A stretch of 63,959 nt of DNA, filler included, from Reclinomonas americana ATCC 50394 (taxonomy: Eukaryota): the NCBI GenBank assembly GCA_048213135.1. It is 9 parts of 2 records of this genome, joined end to end, with 100 filler letters (N's around TTAATTAATTAA, not from the genome) between each part and the next. Parts side by side here need not be neighbours in the genome. Positions count along the whole stretch, not along the records: positions 1 to 2,069 come from PS015360.1; positions 2,170 to 3,636 come from PS015360.1; positions 3,737 to 7,013 come from PS015360.1; positions 7,114 to 19,870 come from PS015360.1; 5 more parts are not named here. The stretch is one strand, 5' to 3'. Under the pieces are notes generated by a model. That model was not told the origin of the DNA and ran no database searches. It saw only the letters and a program-made list of their open reading frames with translations. The position numbers and the translations under genes are program-made. Below, piece after piece: positions 1 to 12,379 of this stretch (position 1 is the stretch's first letter; every line of letters begins with the position of its first letter).

Positions 1-54
<54 letters not shown>

Positions 55-325
55 CGGAGGGAAGGAGAAGAGATCGACACGAGAAGAGATGAGATCGAAC
101 GCGACAAGAAGAGGCACCCTTGCACTCTCTCACTCACTCACTCCCTCCCTCACTCACCCACTCCCTCACTCACCCACTCCCTCATTCACCCACTCCTTCA
201 CTCCCTCCTTCACTCACCCCCTCACTCACTCCCTCACTCACTCCCTCACTCACTCCTTCACTCACCCCTTCACTCCCTCCCTCCCTCTCTCGCTCCCTCT
301 CTCCCTCCTCTCCTCTCCTCCCTCC
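1..325. repeat. (GA)n microsatellite and CACT/CCCT low-complexity repeats (intronic)
   Basis: Directly visible; similar (CT)n and (CA)n tracts at 797-843, 2260-2375, 2810-3135, 12297-12340. Confidence 0.9.
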
Positions 326-328
326 AAG

Positions 329-795
329 GGTCTTCTGGGAGCCGAGTACGCCGTGCGTGGCGCGCTGGTGCTGCGTGCGCTGCAGATTGAGAAGGAGATC
401 CGCAGCGGGAAGCACTCGCGCCCATTCGATCGCATTCTCTACTGCAACATTGGCAATCCGCAGCAGCTGCTGCAGCCGCCACTCACGTTTGGGCGACAAG
501 TCGGGGCGCTGATGGAGTACCCGGCGCTCATTGGTCTCTCGGAGCTGCGCGGTGTGATTCCGGCCGATGCCATGGAGCGTGCGGCGTCGCTGCTGGAGCG
601 GGTGCCGGGCGGAGTGGGAGCGTATTCGGATTCGCGTGGTGTGCCGGCGATTCGTGAGAGTGTGGCGCGCTTCATTGAGCGTCGTGATGGAGGCATTGCG
701 GCCTCGGCCGACAATGTGTTCCTGGCCGATGGAGCCACACCGGCCATCACACGTGTGATCCAGATGCTGATTCGTGACAATAATGATGCTGTTGC

Positions 796-844
<49 letters not shown>

Positions 845-1519
845 TCCCATCTTTCTAACGTCTCTCGTGGCATCAGATTATGATCCCGGTGCCGACATAC
901 CCGCTGTACACGGCCACGGTGGTGCTCTTTGGAGGACACCAGTCGTTCTACCAGCTGAATGAGGACAAGGACTGGGGCTTGGAGGTCGACGAGCTTGAGG
1001 CCCGTTTCCGCGAGGCGCGTGCCATTGGCAAGCGTGTGCGTGCGCTCACCGTCATCAACCCGGGCAACCCCGCCGGCAACGTCCTGGACGAGGACAACCA
1101 GCGCGATGTTGCGAACCGCCCCTATCTCCTCCCTCTCTCTTTTCGGCAGTCGCTCACCGACACATATGCACAGATTATCCGCTGGTGCGCACGCAACGGT
1201 GTGGCGCTGCTGGCCGACGAGGTGTACCAAGACAACGTGCACCGCGACGACAAGAGGTTTGTCAGCTTCAAGAAGGTGTGGAGCGATCTGGCCGGCGAGA
1301 GCGACGAGATCAAGAACATGCAGCTGTTCTCGTTCCACTCGACCTCCAAGGGCTTCACCGGCGAGTGCGGCAAGCGCGGTGGCTACGTGGAGATGATCAA
1401 CATTGAGGACGCCGTCAAGGACCAAATGTACAAGCACGCCTCGCTGAACCTGTGCCCCAACCTCGGCGGTCAGGTGAGGCAGGCACAGAGGACTGAGGGA
1501 ATGGGAGAGAAGAGGGAGA

Positions 1520-1559
<40 letters not shown>

Positions 1560-2028
1560 AGAGAGTAATGCTCACTGTCCCTTCTTCCCCCTACAGGTGG
1601 CCGTGGAGTGCATGGTCAACCCGCCAAGCCCCGGCTCCCCCTCCTACGATCTGTACATTCAGGAGCGCGACGCCATCAATGCGTCGCTGAAGCGCAAGGC
1701 ACAGATGCTGTCGGACGCCTTCAACCACCAGATGGAGGGCGTGACGTGCAACTTCCCCTCGGGCGCACTCTACGCCTTCCCGCAAATCCGGCTGCCGGCC
1801 AAGGCCGTGGCAGAGGCCAAGAAGCAGGGCAAGGCGCCGGACGCGCTGTATTGCTTCGAGTTGCTGGAGAACACGGGCATTTGCGTGGTGCCGGGCTCCG
1901 GCTGCCAGCAAAAGGCCGGCACCTATCACTTCCGCACAACCTTGCTGCCGCAAGAGAAGGACATTCCGGAGGTGGTGGAGCGCATGACGAGATTCCACGC
2001 CGATTTCATGGCTCGCTACGCCGACTAG
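329..2028 (+). CDS. GPT: Alanine aminotransferase (PLP-dependent), 5' end outside window or lost in repeats; at least 3 introns
   Basis: Motifs AEYAVRG, YCNIGNPQ, GAYSDSRG, YPLY, VINPGNP, LADEVYQDN, SFHSTSKGFTGECGKRGG, VVPGSG, YHFRTTLLP; introns at 791-877, 1108-1173, 1474-1597; stop TAG 2026-2028. Confidence 0.95.
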
Positions 2029-2069
2029 GCACTCGCTTGAATCGCTTGCCCTCTCTCTTTCATTCTCTC

Positions 2070-2169
2070 NNNNNNNNNNNNNNNNNNNNNNNNNNNNNNN
2101 NNNNNNNNNNNNNTTAATTAATTAANNNNNNNNNNNNNNNNNNNNNNNNNNNNNNNNNNNNNNNNNNNN
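2070..2169. other. Artificial contig-joining spacer N44-TTAATTAATTAA-N44 (also at ~3637, 7014, 19871, 24882, 51294, 53055, 61035)
   Basis: Identical 100-nt spacer with stop codons in all six frames. Confidence 0.97.
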
Positions 2170-2259
2170 ACGTACGGACGTACGGTCGTACGTAGGTACG
2201 GTACGTACGGTACGTACGTACGGTACGTACGTACGTCGTCGTCGTCGTCTCTCGTCGTC

Positions 2260-2374
<115 letters not shown>

Positions 2375-2757
2375 GTGCCTCTCATCTGCAATCTCTCTCT
2401 CTCTGCCTCTTTCCACACATGAGCATTCACCTGATTCAAAGTCGACTCTGTGATGCGCGTCGACGGAGCAGCCGAGGAGGAAGCCATGGTGCGTGAAAAC
2501 AGTCGCGACACTGCTTACACACAAAAACACAAGACGAATCAGTGATGCACACGTGTGCGTGCACGCGTGTCTCAACAATGAGAGAGACAGACAAAGAGAG
2601 AGAGAGAGACGCACCACTGCCAGCACCAACAACAAGAGAACGCATTCACTCAAGAGTGTGAGTGATTGCAAAGTCATTGATCCGATGAATGATCAACAGA
2701 CACACAAAGGAGAGAACGCGCGCGCACACACACATACTCTCTCTCACGCACAAACAG

Positions 2758-3306
2758 ATGACATCAGCAGCTGAACAGGTAAGAGCGTGCGCGTGTGTGT
2801 CATGTCGCACACATCACTCTCACACACTCTCTCTCACTCACACTCTCTCTCATTCACTCACTCACTAACACACTCACACACTCACACACACGCACACAAT
2901 CACACACAATCACACACAATCACACACACTGTCACACACTCTCTCTTGTCTCTCTCCCCCTCTCTCTTCTCTCTCTCCCCCCTCTCTCTCTTCTCTCTCT
3001 CACACACACTCACACACTCTCTCACACACAACACTCATACACACACACTCACACACACTCACACACTCACACTCACACAATCGCTCACTCTTCTCTCTCT
3101 CTCTGTCTCTCTCTCTCTCTCTCCCTCTCTCTCTTTCTCCCTTGTGAGCAGGTGCATGGTGATGTGGAGGATGATGTGTATGAGGAGTATGAGGAAGAGA
3201 GTGATCCTCTGGCACACGTGCATGCATTCTTCACGGATACGTACTTTAAGAGGTCGGCGGATCTGCTGTCGGCGATTGAGACGCTGCGCACGTCGTTCAA
3301 GACGAG
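2758..3306 (+). CDS. First exons of an unidentified gene, possibly the eIF2B-beta N-terminus
   Basis: ATG exon MTSAAEQ|GTAAG then exon VHGDVEDDVYEE...LLSAIETLRTSFKTR|GTGAGT; link to the next contig is only inferred. Confidence 0.35.
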
Positions 3307-3737
3307 GTGAGTGGAGGGAGGAGAGAGAGAAGAGAGGGAGAGAGAGAGAGAGAGAAGAGAGTGAGTGCATTGTGAGATGTGCATACTGGCTGCTTTCTGA
3401 GTCAGTTGTCTTGCTGTTCTCCCTATTCTTCTTCTCCTCTTGTCTCTGCTCTCATGTTGTCACTGTGCTTGTGCCTTGTGCGTCTGTGCGTGAGGCTCGT
3501 GTTGGGGTCACGCAGTCACAGACAACACCGTCCGTCGCCTTTCAAGTCCTCCGTATTATTATCTGTCTTCTCCTTCTCTTCTCCTTCTTCTGCTTCTCCT
3601 CCTCTCTCCTCTTCTCTCTCTCTCTTTCTCTCTCTCNNNNNNNNNNNNNNNNNNNNNNNNNNNNNNNNNNNNNNNNNNNNTTAATTAATTAANNNNNNNN
3701 NNNNNNNNNNNNNNNNNNNNNNNNNNNNNNNNNNNNG

Positions 3738-4374
3738 ATTACCGATGCATCGGCCTTTGCCATGATGCACCGCGTGAACAAGGTCATTTTGTCGCCGTCG
3801 GCAGGTTTGTTTTTCACGCAGTGTCGTGTGCATGCTTCAACGCGGTCTGACGCTGTAGGTGCAGTGTTGGCCGACGGCGGACTGCTTGCTCGTGCCGGCA
3901 CACGTGGTGTGGTGCTGGCCGCCAGGCATCTGTCCGTACCCGTAGTCGTGTTGGCTGGTCTGTACAAGCTCAGCCCCGTGTTTTCGCTTGATCAGGTGAG
4001 TGGAGGACAATGGTCTCTCTCTCTCTCTCCCTCTCCCTCTCCCTCTCCCTCCTCTCTCTCTCTCTCACGCCCTTCTCACCTTGTCTGGCCGTGCAGGACA
4101 CCTTCAACGAACTGCGATCACCGGCCGAAGTGCTGTCGTTCCCCATGGCCAAGAGCCTCGTGCACGCCGAAGTCATCAACCCTGCCTACGACTACATCAC
4201 CGCCGACCTGGTCTCACTCATCATCACCGACGAGTTGCGTTGCTTTCTCATGCGTCAATGATTTGTCCTTGCACCGCTCACTGTTCACGTCGCCACAGAG
4301 AAAGCTGCGCCCCGTCGTACATTTACCGCATGGTGAAAGACAACTACGACCCCGCCGATAGGTTTACAGAGTAA
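3738..4374 (+). CDS. EIF2B2: Translation initiation factor eIF2B beta subunit, C-terminal part
   Basis: Spliced DASAFAMMHRVNKVIL..AVLADGGL..VPVVVLAGLYKLSP..VINPAYDYI..LIITD..PSYIYR is typical of the eIF2B regulatory beta subunit. Confidence 0.88.
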
Positions 4375-4460
4375 AGCAAGACCGCAAACAAGAAAGAATC
4401 ATCAGTGTCCTTCCGTCCTCTCTTATTGTTGTCGTGGGCCGTCGTGGTATCGTGAGTTCC

Positions 4461-5535
4461 ATGGCGTCATCATCGTCTTCCGCCTCCACCAATCGTGTGT
4501 TCCTCGACATTGACCTGGGCGATCGCGCAGCCTTTGAGCAGGCCACACAGTTGCGCACAAATGAACTTCAGTCTCTTTGCATGCATGCATGCATTGACAG
4601 AGAAGCGAGCAGAGAGTATGAGCGCGGTCAGGCGTTTCTCGAGTCGATTGCGGCCTCGTACAGTCTCCCCTCTCGTGCAGAGGAGCTGAGTGAAGACGAC
4701 CGCGCCATGGTCAGTGAGTTGTACGAGAGCAGTCGACAGCATGGCGATCGCATGCGACTTGTCGCACCTCCGCCTCTGCACGCCGGTCGACTTGTGATTG
4801 AGTTGCTGGTCGACGCAGCACCGCAGGCGTGCGAGAACTTTCGCGTACTGGTGTGTGTATGTGTGGACTGCTGCTGCCACTGCTGCTGCTGCTTGTGTGC
4901 TGAGAGCACTCGCCCACAGTGCACTGGCGAGCGTGGCGTCAGCAGGGCCAGTGGCAAGCTGTTGCATTACAAAGGCGTGCGCTTCCACCGCATCATGCGC
5001 GACTTTATGGCGCAGAGTGGTGACGTGATTCGTGGCGATGGCAGCGGTGGCGAGAGCATCTTTGGCAAAAAGTTCAACGATGAAAAGGGCGGCCTCAAGC
5101 TCCGACATGATCGCGTGGGCATTGTGTCGATGGTGCGTTTGCTGCGTGCCATTGTTATTGTTGTTGGCTACTACTGATGGTGGTGGTGCTCCATGCAGGC
5201 CAACTCTGGGCGCAACAGCAACACCTCGCAGTTCTTTATTCTGCTGCAGGCTCCGAAACCCAACCTGGACGGCAAGTTGCGTGCAACTCCAACCTTTTCG
5301 CGTCCCTCTCGCGTGCAGTCGAATCACTCGCTGCTGATGGCAGGCACGTTGTGTTTGGGCACGTGGTCGAAGGTGCGCGGCGACATATCGCGTCGTGCCG
5401 TCGTCTGTGATGCATGGCGCACTCATTCTGTTTGCAGGGCTTGAGATCCTCGAGCGCATCAATCGGGAGGCGGCCTCTGAGGATGGCGCACCGCGGACCG
5501 AGGTGGTGATTGCAGATTGTGGAGTCGTGCAATGA
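4461..5535 (+). CDS. Cyclophilin-type peptidyl-prolyl isomerase with an N-terminal insertion
   Basis: RVFLDI..GRLVIEL..ACENFRVLCTGE..LHYKGVRFHRI..FMAQSGD..GGESIFG..VSMANSG.NSNTSQFFI..LDGKHVVFGHVVEG; 5 introns. Confidence 0.93.
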
Positions 5536-6199
5536 ATGAGCTTACAACGGCGCAGCAGCAGCTTACATTTTCCTTCACCAACAACAACAAACACACCGAC
5601 AGCGCGCCAACAACACACGCATAAGAACTACAACTTTTAACGACTACTTCTCACTTTTTCTTCACCTGCCTTCATCGTCTCTTTCTCTCCTCTCCCACGC
5701 ACGCACACATGCACACAATCGCCTCTCTCTCTCTCACCAACAATGTCAACGGTGAGCAATGAATAGAGTGATACGAGCACGCGCAGCAGGAGACACCAAA
5801 CGACGACGACGACAGCAACACTCGACTGCACACCGACAACAAGAACAACAACTGGAGCAACGGAAACCACAAGTAGGAACGAAGCAACGCAATAAAGAAC
5901 GCGAAGAAAGAACACACTAAAACGGGACAAAAGAACAACAACAACAACAGCAACAAGGAACAGCGCAGACGGAGACACCGGAATGGTGTCGCACGCCAAA
6001 ACGCGTGATGTACAAGCACAATCCACCGTGCGGCGCAACAAAGAGACGCACGCGGTAGGATGTGAATCGAATTACAACGCAGCAAATGAAAGCAACGTCA
6101 AGATGGTGAAAATAAGAAAAGAATGGGCAAACGAAAACAAGCACGAACTGGAGTGTGCACAGAAAGCAGGGGCGACGACGACAGTGCACGCCAATAACT

Positions 6200-7013
6200 A
6201 AGGCATGCACTCCGCATTCGTCTCTCGCTGTCTCCACGTGGGGACGAACACAACACGCGCAATTAATTCTGTCAGACGCAGGCGAGTGAGCCACCATTGA
6301 CGAGTGACAGACAGTCTCAACAAACAGGACAAGTACGCAACAGAGCGGTCAATAGTGGAGCAGGCCATCTCCGTCTCACGCGAGACCAGTGCGCGGTACC
6401 AGCACCGAGGTCTCGCGCAGTGGCGACGAAGAAGCAGACACGGCGCGCTTGGCGCCTCTGAGAGGCGCATGCACGTGCTTCTTGCCGTCGAGACTGAAAT
6501 CCTCGTCGTCGGCCAAATCGCACTCGGTGCACCTTCTCTCGCGGCCGACACTCATCTGGCGCACATCCTCGTCCTCTTCTTCGGCCTTCTCCAGCGGGCT
6601 CAGGTTGGCCACAGGCGTCGAGGCTGCTGAGCGACGGGGGGAAAGCACAACAATCAGTCAGGGAGGGGAAAACAAAGATCAAGAACACAACACGCACCAT
6701 CGTCGTCGGCCTCGGGCATCGACAGCATCACCGACTGCAGCGACATGCGCATCGAGCTCGGGCTGCTGCCGGCTGACGGCGGCGGAGTCAACGGCGCCTC
6801 CTCCTCTTCCTCCTCGTCCTCGGCCGGCGTCAACGCATCGGTCGCGTCGTCGTCCAGCTCACTGCCGCGGCGCAGACTGCTCTTGCCCGACATCAGCGAC
6901 GAAGTGAAAGGCGACGCTGTCAGTACCGGAAAGATGGGAGTTTTCGGTACATCCACGGGGATTCCCGACGGCAGCGACGAATCGACTGGCACCTCCAAGC
7001 CCAAGCGACTGCA
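6200..7013 (-). CDS. Partial hypothetical protein (acidic, Ser/Pro-rich C-terminal region)
   Basis: GC-rich coding-like frames 6654-7004 and 6376-6648 separated by an intron-like stretch; no recognisable domain. Confidence 0.4.
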
Positions 7014-7113
7014 NNNNNNNNNNNNNNNNNNNNNNNNNNNNNNNNNNNNNNNNNNNNTTAATTAATTAANNNNNNNNNNNNNNNNNNNNNNNNNNNNNNN
7101 NNNNNNNNNNNNN

Positions 7114-8085
7114 CTTCCTGACTTCCTCGTGCAACGGTGCAGCGTCAGCGTACTTGCCTTGCGAGGCCAGCGCGGCGGCCAGGTGTGAGATGCACGACAG
7201 TGTCAGCGGGTGCGACGAGCCGTGAGTCGCGCGGAAGGCCGGAGCGGCCTTTTGCAGTGCCACCTCGGCTTCGGCATGGCGACCGGCAGCCGACAGGCAG
7301 CGACCGAGTGCACAGGCCTCGGCCAGCGTCCGCGGGTGCCCGTATCCCAGGGCCTCGGTGAACATTTCCACCGCATCCTCATGCACCGCGGCGGCGTCGG
7401 CAAAGCGCGACTGCGAGTCCAGCAGCGAGCCCAGATTCACCACCATGTCCAGGCAGTGCGAGTGCGAATTGCCGAGCTCCCTTCGCAGGCCCTCCAGCGC
7501 CATGCGATACGTGCTCTCGGCCTCGGTCGCCAATCCCTGGCGCTCCAGCGTCTCGGCGACCCATCCATACCTGCACGTGCGCAAAGGGTAATGAGTGCGC
7601 TAGCGACAATCTCGAGTAGATTGTGGCCGACTACGCAACAGAGTGTAGCGGTCGACCTCGCGCTTGGCAATGGCAGCCGCCTGGCGGAAAATGTCCGCGG
7701 CGGCCGCATAGTTTTCGTTTTGCATCTCCTCCCGCCCGAGACTGTACAGGGTGGCGGCGGTCTGCGAGTTGCGACGCTTCTTCTCCGACTTTTTCGAGGT
7801 GGTCGACGTGGCCGACGCCACATCGCTGTTGAGGTCGAACTTGATCTCCGAAGAGGGGTGATTCACATGCAGCGCCATCACCGCGGCGTCGACAGAGTGC
7901 GAACGCGGCCGTGAGTTGGCCGCCAACATCGCCTCTGTGGGTGGTGGCAGAATCATGCTGGCATGGCTGCTCTTGCGGCTGCCGCCGACTGCGGCCGACT
8001 GTCCGGCCTGCGCAGTCGGAAGGGTGTAGGCCGACACCGAGGCCGACACACCCGACTTGTTCGCCTGCGATCCAGTGGCTCCCAT
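7114..8085 (-). CDS. TPR (kinesin-light-chain-like) repeat protein, 3' truncated by contig end; possible N-myristoylation (MGATGS)
   Basis: Repeats such as GLATEAESTYRMALEGLRRELGNSHSHCL, LGYGHPRTL, HGSSHPLTL, QGKYADAAPL; intron ~7572-7639. Confidence 0.85.
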
Positions 8086-9936
8086 GTTTCTCGCTGCAGC
8101 AGGGTGGGGGAGAGAAAACAGATGAGAAAGAAGCGAAAGGAATCACAGGGGATCTGCTCGGAGGAAAAACTAAAAAGACACGATCGACATGGAAGCCACG
8201 AGGGCAGAAGGGAATGCGCATCTACGACGACCTGAAACTGACGTGAGCGAGAAAAGAAAGCAGGGAATTGATCGGCAAAAAGGAGAGAGAGAGATATTGC
8301 AGCGTGGTACTGTAGAGGAGTTGCAAAGAAGGCGGGCAAGTGGTTCGCACCAGTGCGCAGTGGCGCTGTCGCGCGGAGCAACCGCCGAGTGAGGAAGACA
8401 AGATGAACCGGAAAAAATGAATCACTGATAACCTTCAAATTGAGTCACAAGATGACGTAATGCGATTCAAACTTGCACACACACACCGGAGTGACAGACA
8501 AAGACCAGGAAGGAAGATAGGTGGGTGGGTAGGGAGGGAGAGGAGGCGGAGGAAGGATCGTGTGCAAACGCTGTTGCACAGAAAAAGAAAGAAATTGGCA
8601 GTTCGAACAAATGAGGCATTTACAAAGGAAACCCACGACATCGTCCACAACGCCCCTGCAGCCATACTCAGCGACGTGTGGTCGGCACGCCGAAGAGGAA
8701 AAGAGAAGGAGACAGAGAGAAAGACATGAGACATTCATGAACAGGCAGCAAGTGGTGACACAAGACACATGCAGTCCTCCAGAGAGCGCGAGAGATACAG
8801 GAATTCACAGAAGGAAAAAAGGGAAAAAGCCGAACACCAACCTCTTTGTGCGATGACGACAGCAGCGACAACAACAAGGTAGTGAATGTGGAAATGCCTC
8901 CGCTCAGATGACACAACAAAATAAAAGCAAAGCACAGGACGAAATGCAGAGAGACGGAGCGAAACAGGGGGACGGACGGAAGAATCTGACTTGTGTGCCC
9001 TTTCACCAACATATACATGCCTTTTCACACGCTCCAAACCAGCACGCGGCACTGGTGATGTGGCGGAGGAGGACAGAGAGCGCGAGAGAGTGTGAGAGTG
9101 AGGATGAGAGAAGGGAGGCGGTGCGGAAGAGGCGGCCAACTGAAACACATATACATGTGCAAGTCAACCGACGCGAGAGGAGAATCAAAAAAATCATGTG
9201 AAATGCTGATGGACTTCCGAGAGAGACAGACAGACACACAGAAAGAGAGACACTCACTCGCACTCTCAAACAAAATGTATTGCTGGACACAAAGCGCGCG
9301 CTTCTTGGACACACTCACAGACACACTCACAGACACGGAAATAGGAGAATGAAAAGACACACTGCACGTGTATTGAGAGTGCGAGTGAGAGATGTGAAGA
9401 GCATGATATCATCAAAGTGCATCAAGACGCCGAGTGTGAGAAGAACACATGGGCGAGAGAGACACGACAAATATGCGCAGATTCATGACTTTTTGACTCT
9501 CTTCACACGCGTGCACACGTGTGCCACTCACTCTCTCACACGCGCGCACTCTCTATCTCTCACAGTGAGAGAGCTTCTCTGTGTGTGCTATGGCGAACAA
9601 AAGTCGGCGATGATGGCCGCCAAAGGACACTCTCGCACTTACACAACAGCTCATGGAGAGCGAGGCAGCGAGAGAGATGGAGAGAGTGCTTCTCACTTAC
9701 ACACACAAAGAGAGACAGAAAGAGAGGCGTGTTGCACATGGCGGCCACAAGAACATCTCTCGCACTGTGCCCTCACCTTAGTCACTCGTCCACGCCAGTG
9801 TAACTCGCACACAGACAGTCACACACAGGTAATGAAAAGATCTCCTTTGCGCGTTGTGTAAGCTCCGTCCGCGTGAGAAGAAACAAAACAGGTGTTTTCC
9901 GTCGACTGGCATGGACCGGTGAAATCAGGTATCATA

Positions 9937-12012
9937 ATGCGCGTTGTGGCCGCCACTGTGTTGCTGCTGGTGCTGCTGCTCGCGGCATTAGTCTGCGCAG
10001 ATGACACTGTCAACTTGCCCGGGTTCCACTTTGTTCCACTTCCGCACGGGTGGATGAATGATCCCAAGTGCGTCGGTCATGCTCTGCTTTCCCGCGCGCT
10101 CTCTCTTCACAGCCAGCCCGCATATTAACGCTCTCTCTCTCTTTCTTGCTCAGCGGGCCATTCTACGATCCGTCGACGCAGTTGTATCATCTCATGTACC
10201 AGTACTTGACGCCACGCACGTGGGGCCATGCTGTCTCTGTCGACTTGCTGCACTGGAAGCAGCTGCCGATTGCGCTCGTCAACGACGAGTGGTACGACGA
10301 AGGCGGCGTGTTCTCCGGCAGCGCCACTCTCCTCGACGATGGCACTCCCGTGCTCAGCTACTCGGTCTCCACCAATGACATGCAGGTTTGTATTGTTCCG
10401 ACCGATTATGTGGGCGACAAGACAGCTGCTCATGTCGCACAAAAAAACAACAACACAGTGTCTGGCGGCGCCGACCAATCGTTCCGATCCGTACCTGGTG
10501 TGGTGGACGAAGAACGACGAGAATCCGGTGATCTCGACCAAGACCGGGGCGCCGCCGGGTCGCGATGATACCACCGCGTGGAAGAGTGCCGACGGCAAGA
10601 CGTGGCGCATGGCGTATGGCTATCAGCCGGATGCCTCCTCCGGCGCCGCCATTGTGTTCACCTCCACCGATTTTCAGACGTGGACCAAGGCCGGGGATTT
10701 GCACGTGTCGCACACCACCGGCATGTGGGAGTGCCCAGGTGAGAAACGCCCAAAAGACACGCGCTTCTCCTCTTCATTCATTGCTCTTTCCTCGCGTGTT
10801 GGTGAATGAGCAGCGAGAGAGTTGGAGTTTGCGCGAATAGAGTGGTGATTGAGCTCACTCACGTTCACAGACTTCTTCCCCATCCCATACGCCTCTTCCA
10901 ATTCGACGGCGCGGGTGACGCACCTGCTGAAGGCCTCGACCATGGGCAAGGACTACTGGGTCTCCGGCACCTACGACGACTCGCGCATCGCCTTTACGCC
11001 GCACGATACCGCCACCGACATGGGCACCCGCACGCAGCTGTACGACGCCGGCGCCTTTTACGCCAGCAAGACGTTCCGCGATCCGAGCACGGATCCGCCG
11101 AGCCAGGTGCTGTGGGGTTGGGTGCCGGAGGAGCGCAGCGTGGACGCCAATGGCTCCCCGTACGGCTGGGCCTCGGTCATGTCGCTGCCGCGCCTGGTGG
11201 TGCTCGACGACGACGGCGTGCGCATCCGCACTCCGCCACACCCGCGCCTCTCCACGCTGCGCGTGCAGTCGTCGTACTACCGAATCTCGAACTTGCTGGT
11301 GCCTCGTAGCACCGTCAAGTGGGTGCCGGTGCACGGCGACCAACTGGAGCTGCGCCTGGAGATCGCCCTCACCAGCGGCACCGCCATTGAGTGCGGCATG
11401 CTGGTGCGTGCATCGTCCGACGGGCGGGAACAGACGCTGGTCGGCGTCTCCATGGTCGACACGTCGTACATGAACGCCACCGACCTGCCGGGCCTCGACT
11501 ACAACGTCACGCCCGTGTCGTACACCGACCCGCGTCTGTGCCAGCAGGCCTGCCAGGCCGACTCGCGCTGCGCAGCGTGGACCTACGTGCTGCCAGTGCC
11601 CGGCCAGGAGCGGCGCTGCTGCCTGAAGAGCGCCGTGCCGGCCGAGGTGTCGGAGAGCTTTTGCGTCTCCGGCATCAAGAATGGCGGCGTGGAGATGAGC
11701 GTCTTCGGCGACACCACCAAGTCGTCGCTGAACAGCAGCGACGGACATGCATCGTCCGTCGTTCGCTCCCCCCTGCCGCCTCGCACTGGCCTCGGCAGCA
11801 CCGTGTCACTGCATGTGTTTGTCGATCACAGCGTGGTGGAGACGTTCATCAATGAGGGACAGGCGGCCGTCACCCGTCGCGTGTATCCCACTCTGGCCGC
11901 GTCCACCGGCGTGGCACTTTACGCGGGCGCACAGTCCGACTGCCGCGTTGTCAACTTTGAGTCGTGGGCCGTGGCCAGCGCGCCTGTCACGGTCATGGAG
12001 GGGTTCGAGTGA
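9937..12012 (+). CDS. Secreted glycoside hydrolase family 32 (beta-fructofuranosidase/fructanase) with a PAN/Apple domain insertion
   Basis: Signal peptide [70 protein letters not shown]; 3 introns. Confidence 0.93.
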
Positions 12013-12295
12013 AGAGAGAGAAAATTCGATTGCGTTTGTAACGGTCAGCATTGTCATATGGCACGCACGCGCACAGAGATGCGCACTATTGACAGGCGCC
12101 GCAGGAGTGAGATTCCCTTCTCTCATCACTCTCTCTGCCTCTGCACCTATTCTCCTCGCTCTCTCACGCTCGCGCACACAGAGTGACAAACACACACACA
12201 ATTAGAAAAAAGTCAGTATTTGCGGGTGGCGCGGAGAAAAGACCAGTGAGCGACGAAGACAGTGAGAGCGAGGGCCAACCGTAAACACCTCGCAG

Positions 12296-12343
<48 letters not shown>

Positions 12344-12379
12344 CCACACACTCCTCCCCCACTCTGTCTGTGCTGTTTC

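Noticed and set aside
2114..2125. Recurrent TTAATTAATTAA motif
   Set aside because: Synthetic six-frame-stop linker embedded in N runs
8086..9936. Unusually long purine-rich region between divergent genes
   Set aside because: No convincing ORF, RNA structure or repeat unit; probably UTR introns and promoters
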